Positions 9,498-19,921 of a stretch of DNA of 64,000 nt are shown here, piece after piece. The DNA comes from an uncultured Verrucomicrobiae bacterium (lineage in GTDB: Bacteria > Verrucomicrobiota > Verrucomicrobiia > Limisphaerales > Palsa-1400). Below the pieces are notes generated by a model. That model saw only the letters and a program-made list of their open reading frames with translations. It did not search any database and was not told the origin of the DNA. The position numbers were made by a program, and so were the translations under genes. The DNA is taken from contig OY969763.1 in NCBI GenBank assembly GCA_963702845.1, forward strand, positions 5,216,001 through 5,280,000. The letters are read 5' to 3'. Positions within the stretch are counted from its first letter, which is position 1. Each line of letters begins with the position of its first letter.

Positions 9498-10982
9498 CTA
9501 TTCCGGAAATGCATTTTCGGAATTATCGGACTGGTTTTCCGATTCCTCGTAAAACCATTGACCTTCTAAGGTTTGCTTCAGATTTGGATGTTGCCGCGCT
9601 TCTTCCAAAACCGCGTAAAATTGTGTCTTGGAAATGCCTATTTCCGAACTGGCGATCATACACCACGTTTTCGTGCTGAGTTTCTGCCCTTTCAGACATC
9701 CAATGATCTTTTCCACTGTGAACCGCTTTTTCCGTCCGGGTTTTTGTTTCAATCGGCCTGTATTCAAATTCTCATCCCTCCGCATCAACGGATAAATCCA
9801 CCGCACCACAAACGCCTCGATCGGCTTGAAATTCCTCAACGTCGCTTCGACCGTGAACGCGTCCTCCGCTTCGTGGCGGGTGAAGCTCAGGATGCTGTCG
9901 GGGTCGCGCGCGAAGACGCCGCTGCCGCTGATGCGGTCGATCGCTTCTTTGCCGGCCGCGTTGCCTTTGGCGTAATGCGCGCCAAATGCCACCGCCGCTC
10001 CCGTCGACACCGCCAGATGCTCGATCGCGTTCAACAACATCGCCACCTGACCGGCGGAATTTTCGTCGGTGCCACCGTAACATTTGTAAATCGGGTCCAA
10101 GATAATCAGGGCGTAACTGGACGTTTTGATGCGCTCCAGAATCTTCGGGAACAACACGTCATAACTGGCCGCCTGCCCGCGCAGGTTCCACAAATCGACG
10201 TCGCCGGGCTTGAGCGTGATGTTCTTGGACTGGGCAATCGCGCGCATGCGCTTGTGAAATTCGTGCTCAGCCAGCTCGAAGTTGAGGTAAAGCACCTTCC
10301 CTTTGCCGGTCTTAAATGACAACCAGGGCTCGCCGCACGCCACGGACAGCGCGAGGTCGGTCAGCGTCCACGTCTTGAACGTCTTGGAGCCGCCGCCAAG
10401 CACCAGTTTGCTGCCCTGATGCAAAAGGCCATAGACGACCTCGCGCGGCGCGGGCTGTTCGGCTTTGAGAAAAGCGCAGGCGTCCTTGATTTCCGGCAGA
10501 CCTTTGCGGTTGTTGGTTAAGGCAATGGCCTGTTGCAAATCGCTCTGCAACGTGGCGAGCGGTTCGAGGAGATCGTGGGCGCGCGATTCGAGGCAGGCGG
10601 TTTGTTTGAGCAATTCGCGGCGGGCGCGCAACTCGTGCAGCTCCGCGACGTATTGCTCAAACATCAGAGCCGACCCATCCATGCCGATGATGTAACTAAA
10701 ACCGCCGACATCTTCCAGCATGCCCTCGGCCTTGAGCCGCTCGACCAGCGTCAAAGTGTCGGGCGCTTTGCCGTCTTTGACGAGCGCATGGATGGCGTTG
10801 AAAATGCGTTGGTGGCGAAGGTCGTAAAAAGAAAGGCGCGTGATGCCGAGCCGTTCGATCTGCGGGGCGAGGCCGGGCGAGGTGATGAGACACCCCAGCA
10901 CCTGCGCCTCGATCTCCACCGAGTGCGGCGGCAATCTGGGCGATTGCTCAGCCTTTTTTGCAGTAAATTCATTCGTTGTCAT
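9498..10982 (-). CDS. Phage/plasmid-type replicative helicase (DnaB N-terminal domain + AAA_25/RepA-like ATPase)
   Basis: PPHSVEIEAQVLG...FYDLRHQRIF matches DnaB-N. GGSKTFKT is the Walker A, IILDP the Walker B, plus AHYAKG and SGSGVFARDPD. Confidence 0.85.
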   Translation of the reverse strand: MTTNEFTAKKAEQSPRLPPHSVEIEAQVLGCLITSPGLAPQIERLGITRLSFYDLRHQRIFNAIHALVKDGKAPDTLTLVERLKAEGMLEDVGGFSYIIGMDGSALMFEQYVAELHELRARRELLKQTACLESRAHDLLEPLATLQSDLQQAIALTNNRKGLPEIKDACAFLKAEQPAPREVVYGLLHQGSKLVLGGGSKTFKTWTLTDLALSVACGEPWLSFKTGKGKVLYLNFELAEHEFHKRMRAIAQSKNITLKPGDVDLWNLRGQAASYDVLFPKILERIKTSSYALIILDPIYKCYGGTDENSAGQVAMLLNAIEHLAVSTGAAVAFGAHYAKGNAAGKEAIDRISGSGVFARDPDSILSFTRHEAEDAFTVEATLRNFKPIEAFVVRWIYPLMRRDENLNTGRLKQKPGRKKRFTVEKIIGCLKGQKLSTKTWCMIASSEIGISKTQFYAVLEEARQHPNLKQTLEGQWFYEESENQSDNSENAFPE

Positions 10983-11014
10983 ACGCCAGCGTTTTAGCGT
11001 ATGAAGGGATTACT

Positions 11015-11067
11015 CGTCAAAAACTGTAGGAAAAGGAGGGAAACCAGGGAAAGAAACAGCACTTTTT
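11015..11067 (-). promoter_or_regulatory. Shared phage-module promoter element, copy 1 (faces the helicase)
   Basis: Minus strand aaaaagtgctgtttctttccctggtttccctccttttcctacagtttTTGACG. Confidence 0.8.
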
Positions 11068-11570
11068 CCCGACAAAATGGGGTGGTTTTGTGCGGTTGGC
11101 ATGAATTTTGAGGGTGGGTTTTAGCCACAGATTGAACTGGCCGGTGGCGTGAATCACGACCTTGCGTGGGTGAACGCTATCAAGTCCTATCAGGTCATGC
11201 AGGTGGATTTGAGCTAACTCAAGAAGACAAGCGCCTGCAGGAACGGGTTGATGCCTTTCACAGCGCCGCAAATCCTCCCAAAGTTTCTCATTTTTGGTGT
11301 AGCGGTAATGAAAGCGATAGAGTTTCGGAACACCGAAGTTCGCTCTGACCGTCGACGAGATTTCGCTCCATGTCGAACAGGCCATACGACACAAGTGGTA
11401 AGTGTGAGATGCATGTGCGACTTACCCTGATTTTTCTTTACACCACTTTTCTCTATTCCTTCCGTAGCCGGACGTCGGCGTAACCAAAAAAGAAGCAATG
11501 ACCGGGACGTGTGTTCACGTGCCGCGCACCAGGCCTATGGAAGCGCACGCGCATGCCTTGTCGGAATGCC

Positions 11571-12704
11571 ATGAAAATAAATTTTTGCGTACTGGCCCTG
11601 CTCCTTTGCACCGTTGGCTGTAAAGGGAAGCACCGCGTTGCTACGCCGCCTCCGCCAATTGTGGAAGTCGCGCCCGTGACACAAGCCGACGTTCCGGTTT
11701 ATCACGATTGGATCGGCGTTATCGACGGGTTTGTGAATGCACGCATCCGAGCTCAAGTGCCGGGTTATTTGATTTCGCAGAATTATCGTGAAGGTGATCC
11801 AATCAAGAAAGGTGACGTTTTATTTGAAATAGACCGCAGGCCATTTCAAGCAACACTCGACCAAGCCAAGGGGCTTCTCGCGCAAGCCGAAGCAAAACTT
11901 GGCAAAACGGAACTCGACGTCAAACGCTATGCACCATTGCTCAAGGACAAGGCAATCAGCCGGGAGGAATACGATGACGCGGTCCAGGCCAATCTCGAAG
12001 CACAGGCAGCGGTCGCGTCAGCGAAAGCAGCAGTCGAGCAGGCGCAAGTGAATCTGGGGTTTACGCGCATCGAATCTCCAATCGATGGAATTGCGAGTAT
12101 TGCAAATGGACAAATCGGCGATTTGGTCGGGCCCAACACGACTGATTTGACGACGGTCTCAACAGTCGACCCAATCAAAGTCTATTACAACGTTACTGAG
12201 CAGGCTTATATCAATTTCACGAAGCTTTTCACCAGCGAGAGCAATAGATACGAGAGACTGCGAAAACTGGAAATCGAACTTCTTTTGGCCGATGGCTCTG
12301 TTTACCCGTTGAAGGGCAGAATCTATGCGGTTGATCGTCAAGTCAGCCCCACCACCGGAGCGCTTCGAATAGCCGCACTTTTCCCGAATCCTAATTACGC
12401 TTTGCGTCCCGGCCAATTCGGTCGTGTTCGGGTGAAATTCGAGCTTGCGAGCGGCGCACTACTGGTGCCGCAAAAGGCGGTCTCGGAATTGCAAGGCGCT
12501 TTCCAGGTGGCGGTATTGAATTCAAATAACACCGTGCACATCCAGCCGGTCCATCTTGGCGAACGCGTGGGCACACAGTGGATCGTGAAGGACGGAGTGC
12601 ATTTGGGCGATCGCGTCATTGTTGAAGGAACACAGAAAGTGCGTGAAGGCTCGGCCGTTACTGTGACAAACGCGCCGGCTCAGCTTAATTCCGCACCCCA
12701 TTGA
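11571..12704 (+). CDS. RND efflux periplasmic adaptor (MFP) lipoprotein
   Basis: Lipobox TVGC and the motifs IRAQVPGYL, IESPIDG, LRPGQFGRV and LLVPQKAV. Confidence 0.92.
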   Translation: MKINFCVLALLLCTVGCKGKHRVATPPPPIVEVAPVTQADVPVYHDWIGVIDGFVNARIRAQVPGYLISQNYREGDPIKKGDVLFEIDRRPFQATLDQAKGLLAQAEAKLGKTELDVKRYAPLLKDKAISREEYDDAVQANLEAQAAVASAKAAVEQAQVNLGFTRIESPIDGIASIANGQIGDLVGPNTTDLTTVSTVDPIKVYYNVTEQAYINFTKLFTSESNRYERLRKLEIELLLADGSVYPLKGRIYAVDRQVSPTTGALRIAALFPNPNYALRPGQFGRVRVKFELASGALLVPQKAVSELQGAFQVAVLNSNNTVHIQPVHLGERVGTQWIVKDGVHLGDRVIVEGTQKVREGSAVTVTNAPAQLNSAPH

Positions 12705-12709
12705 TCCGA

Positions 12710-15700
12710 ATGTCCAAATTCTTCATCAATCGACCAATCGTTGCCATCGTGATCTCAATCATCATGGTTGTCGTTGGGCTTGTTACTCTTTTCGGATTGC
12801 CAGTGGCGCAGTTCCCGAAGGTTGTTCCGCCGGAAATTTTTATCCAGGCAAACTACGTCGGCGCAGATGCGGAGACTATCGAGCAGTCGGTCGCGACACC
12901 CATCGAGCAGCAGATGAGCGGCGTCGACAACATGAATTACATGTATTCGATCAACGCGAACAACGGGTTGATGCGGATGTTCGTCAATTTTGACCTCAAG
13001 ACAGATCCGAACATTGACCACGTTCTACACAGCTGCGCTACGCCCAGGCCGAATCGCAATTGCCTGCAGACGTGCGCAATTTTGGTGTCACGGTCCAGAA
13101 GTCTCTTTCCGCGCCACTCATGCTGGTTGCGCTTAATTCTCCGAATCAAACACGCGACGCGCAGTTCCTGGCCAACTACGCGTATATCAATCTTTCCGAT
13201 CCTCTAAGCCGTCTGCCTGGCATCTCTCAAGTGCAAATATTCGGTGCGGGCCAATATGCGATGCGTATTTGGGTGAAGCCGGATCAGTTGTCGAAGTTAA
13301 ACATAACCGTTCCGGAAATCATCAGTGCAGTTGGAAGTCAGAACACGGTGAATCCCGCCGGCAAACTTGGTGGACGTCCGTCTCCACCAGGTCAGCAGTT
13401 TACGTATTCCGTGCGCGCGCAAGGCCGCCTCGTTACAGAGGAGGATTTCGGCAACATCGTGGTGCGAGCGACTGCTGACGGGGCAATTGTTCGGGTGAAG
13501 GACGTAGCGCGCATAGAACTTGGAGCCGCAGATTACGATATTTATGGTCGTTATAATAGGAAACCGAGCGCGGTTCTCGCGCTGTATCAATTACCAGGAT
13601 CAAATGCCATCGAGGCGGCCAAAGGCGTCGAGCGGCTGATGGCTGAATTGAAAGAACGATTCCCATCCGATCTCGATTATCAAATCTCGATTGATACGAC
13701 CCAGGAAGTCACAGAAGGCATTCGGGAAATCGGCGTAACTTTTTGGGAAGCGCTCGCACTCGTCATGGTGGTTGTTTTCATTTTTCTGCAAGGCTGGCGC
13801 GCGGCACTTATTCCTCTGGCGGCTGTTCCGGTGTCGTTGATAGGAACGTTTGCGGTTTTTCCGATATTGGGATTCTCGATCAATACCTTGTCTCTGTTCG
13901 GCCTGGTTCTCGCGATCGGATTGGTGGTTGACGACGCGATCGTTGTTGTTGAAGCCGTCGAGCATCACATCGAAGAGGGCATGTCGCCGAAGCAAGCCAC
14001 CTTGAAAGCAATGGAGGAAGTTTCAGGCCCTGTCGTTGCGATTGCTCTTATTCTCTCCGCCGTGTTCCTTCCAACGGTATTCATCCCCGGCATTACGGGG
14101 CGGTTGTATCAGCAGTTTGCGGTTACCACTGCTATATCGGTGCTGATTTCTGCGTTCAATGCATTGTCATTGAGTCCGGCTCTGGCGGCGTTGCTGTTGA
14201 AGCCCAAGCGTGAAAGCAAGGGGCCAATCGGCAAATTCTTCGACCTGTTTAATCGTGGGTATCGTAAGGTTACTGACGGCTACATTGGGCTTTGCCGTGT
14301 CCTCATTCACAAATCTGTCTTCGCTCTTCTGTTTCTCGGAATCATTGCAGCAGCCACGGGTTTGTTTGGCAAAAAGCTGCCTACAGGATTTCTGCCCGAA
14401 GAAGATCACGGATACTTGTATGTTAACGTGCAGCTTCCGTTCGCTGCTTCATTGGACCGCACAGTGGACGTTTGCAATCAGGTTGAAACAATAGTTCTCG
14501 CTATTCCCGGCGTAAAAAGTTGCACGACTGTGGCAGGGTTCAGTCTTTTAAGTTTTTCACGCAATACCTACAGCGCGTCATTGTGGATCGCATTGAAAGA
14601 CTGGAATGAACGAAAGACTGCGGCGGAAAGTTACGAATCTATCAAAGCCACCCTGACCAAAAAATTGTCTCAAGTTCCGGGCGCGATCGCGTTTGCGTTT
14701 CCACCTCCAGCCATTCAAGGCGTTGGCACAGCCGGCGGGTTCACATTTGTTTTGGAAGATCGGTCGGGCAAAGACATTCCGTTTCTTGCCGCTAACGTCT
14801 CAAAGTTCATGGAAGCGGCACGAAAGCGTCCGGAAATCGCGAGCATCACAACCACCTTTCTTCCTGTCGTGCCGCAACTTTACGTGGATGTTGACCGAGA
14901 CAAGACGCTGAAACAAGGCGTCGAACTGACCGAGGTCTATAAGACGCTGCAGACATTTATGGGCGGCTATTTCGTCGATTATTTCAATCGTTTCGGCCGC
15001 CAGTGGCAGGTCTACATCGAGGCCGAAGGTGACTATCGCACACGCGCTGAAAACCTGGGTTTATTTTACGTCCGCAATCACGCTGGTGAAGCTGTTCCTC
15101 TCGCGGCACTCACATCAACCAAGACCATCTCCGGACCAGAATTTACAATGCGCTACAATCTTTATCGAAGTGCACAGATTAATGGTTCCTCTGCGCCGGG
15201 CTACAGCTCCGCGCAGGCAACGAAGGCCCTCGAGGAAGTGTTCGCCCAGACGATGCCACCCGAAATGGGTTTTGATTACCTTGGCATATCGTTCCAGGAG
15301 CAAAAGGCCCAGCAAGGAGTCTCGCCCGTCGCGATCTTCGGTCTCTCATTTTTCTTCGTCTTTCTGATTCTGGCCGCACTTTATGAAAGTTGGAGTTTAC
15401 CGTTCAGCGTCCTGCTGGGCACGCCTATCGCTGTGTTCGGTGCGTTTGCGGCGCTGTGGATTCGTGGAATGGTGAACGACGTCTTTGCGCAGATCGGATT
15501 GGTAATGTTGATCGGCCTGGCTGCCAAGAACGCCATCCTCATCGTCGAATTCGCACGGCTGGAATACGAAAAAGGCCAGCCGCTGATCGATAGCGCACTT
15601 ACTGCGGCGCGAATTCGTTTGCGCCCCATTCTGATGACTTCTTTTGCCTTCATTCTCGGAACTGTTCCCCTTTCGATCGCAACCGGGGCTGGTGGAGTGT

Positions 15701-15888
15701 CGCGGCGTGTTATCGGCACAGTGGTAATCGGAGGCATGTTGGCCGCGACTTTAATCGCCGTCTGTTTGATTCCCGTGACGTTTTATGTAGTGGAAAAATT
15801 TTCGAGTCGTTTCAAACGCACGACCACAAGTGACTCGGAACGACCATCGGACGGAGGAGTAACACCTTCAGTGGGAACTAATGAATGA
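12710..15888 (+). CDS. RND efflux permease (AcrB/HAE1 family), frameshifted near 13027
   Basis: MSKFFINRP start, GLVVDDAIVVVE, AKNAILIVEF and RLRPILMTS. The reading continues DHVL then TQLRYAQAESQLP in another frame, so one base is missing. Confidence 0.9.
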
Positions 15889-17364
15889 TTGACACCAATG
15901 AGCGACGAGAGAAACAAATCGAAATCATCAACGGTCGAAACGTGGGCGATTCGTTGTTTATTGTCGGTTTATCACCCGCTGCCATGTGCCCCAATATTTG
16001 TAATTCTACTTATTCTCTTCGGATGCGCTGTGGGACCCAACTACAAACGTCCGGCAGTCCAGTTTCCGGGCATATTCCGAGGAGATACCAGCCGTACAAA
16101 TGCTTCTTTCGCTAATCTCGATTGGTGGCGTGTATATCAGGACACGAACCTTCAGGCACTCGTGTGTGAGGCATTCACCAACAACTACGATATACGCATC
16201 GCATGGACTCGCATCGAACAGTCGAGGGCGCTCGCGATGCAAGCGCGATCCCAGTTCGTTCCAAGTGTAAATTACAATGGAACCGTAAGTCGGGGGCGGA
16301 ATGTTGAGTTCGGTTCGGTTTTTCCTAACAACGGCAACACTGTAAGTTCCGCTGTTGCGACAATAAATTCCTTCTGGGAAGTGGATCTCTGGGGACGCGT
16401 GCGACGCCTGAATGAAGCCGCTCGCGCAAGATTTCTTGCTTCAGAAGATGCCCGACGGGGAGTGCAGATCATACTTCTCAGCGACGTTGCCGCTAATTAC
16501 TTTCAGCTTCTTGAACTCGACCGGGAACTGGAGATCGCCAACCGTTCGAAAAGCTCATTTGGCGAGAGCCTGCACATTTTTAATCAGCGCGTCGCGGCGG
16601 GCACTGTATCTGCGCTGGCATCATCGCGGGCAGAGGCGGCATTGGCCGATGCAGCGGCTGCCATTCCGACGATACTGCAGCAAATATCAAACACTGAAAA
16701 TGATTTATGCGTGCTTCTTGGACTCCCACCCGGTCCGATCAGGCGTAGCAATGTCACACTGGAAACGTTGCTACCGCCGAACATTCCGCCTGGATTGCCG
16801 TCCGCATTGCTGGAGCGGCGTCCAGATGTGCGAGAGGCGGAACAACAATTGCACGCGGCAAATGCGGAGGTTGGCGAAACTCTGGCCGAATTTTTTCCAA
16901 AGATCGGATTAACTGCGTTGATGGGCAGAGCGAGTCCGGGACTGTCGGCTTTCACCCTTGGCAGCGCTAACACCTGGGGTATTGCGGCCCAAGCGACCGG
17001 ACCTCTCTTTGAAGGTGGAAGGCTTCTCGGACAAAACAAACAGGCTCGAGCGTTTCGGGATGAAACAGCTCTTCGCTACCGGCAGACCATTCTCGGCGCA
17101 CTGCGCGATGTTTCCGATGCTTTGACATCACGAGAGCGATTTGCCGAAGTCCGCGATCAGCGGGCAATACAGGTGAAAGCGCTGCAAACAGCCGTCAAGC
17201 TGTCCTCCGAGCGTTATGTTGTTGGAAAGGCAAGCTATTACGAAGTTCTCGAAGCCCAGCAACAATTGTTTCCGTCAGAATTAAGCCTGGCACGCACCGA
17301 AAGAGATCAACTCCTGGCCGTGGTCGCGCTCTACAAGGCGCTGGGAGGAGGTTGGAAGGAATAG
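15889..17364 (+). CDS. RND outer-membrane factor (NodT/OprM family)
   Basis: GCAVGPNYKRP, WEVDLWGR, LLERRPDV and LYKALGGGW. The start position is uncertain. Confidence 0.92.
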   Translation: MTPMSDERNKSKSSTVETWAIRCLLSVYHPLPCAPIFVILLILFGCAVGPNYKRPAVQFPGIFRGDTSRTNASFANLDWWRVYQDTNLQALVCEAFTNNYDIRIAWTRIEQSRALAMQARSQFVPSVNYNGTVSRGRNVEFGSVFPNNGNTVSSAVATINSFWEVDLWGRVRRLNEAARARFLASEDARRGVQIILLSDVAANYFQLLELDRELEIANRSKSSFGESLHIFNQRVAAGTVSALASSRAEAALADAAAAIPTILQQISNTENDLCVLLGLPPGPIRRSNVTLETLLPPNIPPGLPSALLERRPDVREAEQQLHAANAEVGETLAEFFPKIGLTALMGRASPGLSAFTLGSANTWGIAAQATGPLFEGGRLLGQNKQARAFRDETALRYRQTILGALRDVSDALTSRERFAEVRDQRAIQVKALQTAVKLSSERYVVGKASYYEVLEAQQQLFPSELSLARTERDQLLAVVALYKALGGGWKE

Positions 17365-17456
17365 AATGCGATCTGAACCTAACCCGGCGTTAAAACGCCG
17401 GGTATGAGGATCGGAGTTGAATAAGTCCCTCCGGGACTGCTCGGCTCCTTGCCGAT

Positions 17457-18824
17457 TCACGCCGGCGGCGGACGCAACATCGTCTCCACTGGCACGCCTT
17501 CCGCCAACGTCTTCCCACTCACGTCCCCACCCAGCTTCAACAACTTCTCCCCGCTGGGCCGCACGCGCGTTTCGTAGCTACCCACGGCATCATTGTAGGC
17601 TTTCGAGGCTTGTTCCAACCCACTGCGAATCTTCTCGAAATGCTCGGTGAACTTCACGATGCGCAAAAAAAGTTCCTGCGCATTCTCTGAAATTTCACGC
17701 GCGTTCTCCGTCTGCGCATGTTGCTGCCAACTCATGCTCACGGCCCGCAGTAGCGCAATCAGCGAAGCCGGTGTCGCGAGCATGATTTGCTTTTTTGCCG
17801 CCCACACAATGAGGTCCCGATCCGCTTCGAGCGCTGCGCTGAACAACGATTCCGCCGGCAAAAATAAAACGACGTAATCGAGTGCGTTTTGGAATTGGCG
17901 CGGGTAATCGCGGTCGGCCAGCGCTTTGATCGTCGCCTTCAACTTGGCGGCATGCGCGGACAAGGCCTCGTTGCGTTTCAGTTCGTCGGCCGAATCCATC
18001 GCGCTGAGGAAATCCAGATCGGGCACCTTGGCATCGACAATGATGATGCGATTTCCCGGCAGGCGAATCGTCAGGTCTGGCTTCGAATCACCGGACTGAT
18101 CCTGCTCCGTGAAATCACAGTGCGCACTCATACCTGCGGCCTCGACAACATTGCGCAACGTCTCTTCACCCCAACGACCGCGCGCCTGATTTGAGCTGAG
18201 CACTTTGCGCAACTGCAACGTCTCGCTGGAAAGCGTCTGGCTGTTTTGCGCGAGGCTCTCGAGCTGTTTCTTTACCTCGCCGAGCGTCGAAGCCTGCGTG
18301 GTTTCGCTTTGTTGCAAGCGACGTTGATACGACTCGAGCTGTTCCTTCAACGGCTGCACCAACGAAGCAATGGCCTCCTGTCGTTTGCCCAAATCGCCTT
18401 TGGCCGACTCCTGGAATTTCGCCAACGTCTCATTAGCGAGCGCGAGAAACTGCGGCTGCGTTTGCTTCAAGGCATCGGCGCTCAACGCCTTGAACGCCTC
18501 ACGCAAGTCGACCAGCGCCTTGTCCTGCGCCAACTTGGCTTCGGCCAGAGTCTTGTCGTGCAGTATCTGCGCCTTTTCGAGAAGCAGTTGGGACGCGTCG
18601 CGCTCGGATTCCGCTTTCGCTACCGCCACGCAATATTGCGTCGCTTGCTGACGCGCCTGCGCCAACTCCCCTTCACGTTGGCTGAGCCGTTCCTTCAGAT
18701 CATCCTCGAACCGGCTATCGCCACCGTTCATCGGCGCCGACTTCCGGCCTTTGACAAAGCCGATCGCCCAACCGAGCACCGCGCCGATCACCACCCCAAT
18801 CGCAACATAAGCAATGCTCGGCAT
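17457..18824 (-). CDS. rmuC: DNA recombination protein RmuC
   Basis: N-terminal TM and coiled coil, RGRWGEETL, KPDL..LPG..IIVDAK, VLFLPAES and ATPASLIALLR. Confidence 0.93.
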   Translation of the reverse strand: MPSIAYVAIGVVIGAVLGWAIGFVKGRKSAPMNGGDSRFEDDLKERLSQREGELAQARQQATQYCVAVAKAESERDASQLLLEKAQILHDKTLAEAKLAQDKALVDLREAFKALSADALKQTQPQFLALANETLAKFQESAKGDLGKRQEAIASLVQPLKEQLESYQRRLQQSETTQASTLGEVKKQLESLAQNSQTLSSETLQLRKVLSSNQARGRWGEETLRNVVEAAGMSAHCDFTEQDQSGDSKPDLTIRLPGNRIIIVDAKVPDLDFLSAMDSADELKRNEALSAHAAKLKATIKALADRDYPRQFQNALDYVVLFLPAESLFSAALEADRDLIVWAAKKQIMLATPASLIALLRAVSMSWQQHAQTENAREISENAQELFLRIVKFTEHFEKIRSGLEQASKAYNDAVGSYETRVRPSGEKLLKLGGDVSGKTLAEGVPVETMLRPPPA

Positions 18825-18830
18825 CAGGGA

Positions 18831-19223
18831 TTAATAATGCGCCACGACTTCGATCTCAACAATCGCGGCTTTAGGCAAGGCGGCGACTTGAATCGTCGAA
18901 CGCGCCGGGAAATCGCCCGTGAAATACTTCGCGTAAACTTCGTTCATGCCCGCGAAATCGGCGAGGTTCGTTAGGAACACCGTGCTCTTCACCACGTTGG
19001 TGAAGGAGAGGCCCTGGTCTTCCAAAATAATCTTCACATTTTCCAGCACGCGTTCGGTCTGCACCTTGATATCGCCGCTGACCAGATTGCTCGTGGCCGG
19101 GTCGATCGGAATCTGTCCCGCGCAAAACAGCATGTCGCCGATGCGCACGCCATGATTATAAGGTCCAACCGCCGGAGCGCCCTTGGAAGGTTTGATAATG
19201 GTTTTTTTCATGTCTCCAGACAT
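18831..19223 (-). CDS. ridA: Rid family (RidA/YjgF) enamine deaminase
   Basis: AP.AVGPY, AGQIPIDP, MNEVYAKYF..FPARS and LPK..VEIEVVA. Confidence 0.9.
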   Translation of the reverse strand: MSGDMKKTIIKPSKGAPAVGPYNHGVRIGDMLFCAGQIPIDPATSNLVSGDIKVQTERVLENVKIILEDQGLSFTNVVKSTVFLTNLADFAGMNEVYAKYFTGDFPARSTIQVAALPKAAIVEIEVVAHY

Positions 19224-19306
19224 TCAAGCCGCGTTCTCAAACACGGTCAAGCATGGCCCGCTCCGAGCGACTTTGCGCATGGCACAACCGCTGCTTATAA
19301 ACAGGC

Positions 19307-19921
19307 GTGTCCAAGCGCTTTATCGGGTTCATCATCAGCACCTTGTGGTTGTTGGCGGTGGCTGCGTGCGGCCTGTGGTTAATCGGTTACGAGAACACTG
19401 CGGGGCCGCAAACCCGCGCCCACGACACATTTCCGAACCTTAAAGAGGTCCAGATCGACGCCCATCGTTGCACCCTGCTCTTGTTCGCGCACCCAAAATG
19501 TCCCTGCACACGCGCGAGCATCAACGAACTCAACCGCTTGCTCGCCCATTGCTCACCCAACGTGTCTGCGCACGTCTTTTTTTTGCAGCCCAAAAGTGTC
19601 GAGGCCGATTGGATAAAAACAGATTTGTGGCGAACCGCCGCCAGTATTCCCGGTGTGCAAACGCACGTTGATCCCGACGGCGTCATTGCGACGCAATTCG
19701 GCGCGAACACATCCGGTTACGTTGTTCTTTATAGTTCACAAGGCAAACTGCTCTTTCACGGCGGCATCACATCCGGGCGCGGTCACGAAGGCGACAACCC
19801 CGGTTCCTCTGCGCTGATCGCTTTGGCCACGGGTGCGACCGCCACGTGCCACAACACCCCTGTTTACGGATGCCTTCTTCAGAAAGAATGTCAGGCACCA
19901 ACCCAGGAGACCGCACAATGA
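19307..19921 (+). CDS. Thioredoxin-fold periplasmic protein (RedB-like) coupled to a sensor kinase
   Basis: TM anchor, HPKCPCTRAS, FGANTSG, GGITSGRGHEGDN and PVYGC. Its stop overlaps the kinase start (ATGA). Confidence 0.7.
   Translation: MSKRFIGFIISTLWLLAVAACGLWLIGYENTAGPQTRAHDTFPNLKEVQIDAHRCTLLLFAHPKCPCTRASINELNRLLAHCSPNVSAHVFFLQPKSVEADWIKTDLWRTAASIPGVQTHVDPDGVIATQFGANTSGYVVLYSSQGKLLFHGGITSGRGHEGDNPGSSALIALATGATATCHNTPVYGCLLQKECQAPTQETAQ

Noticed and set aside
11017..11498. Short ORFs between the helicase and the RND operon
   Set aside because: They overlap the regulatory element and show no protein-like features.
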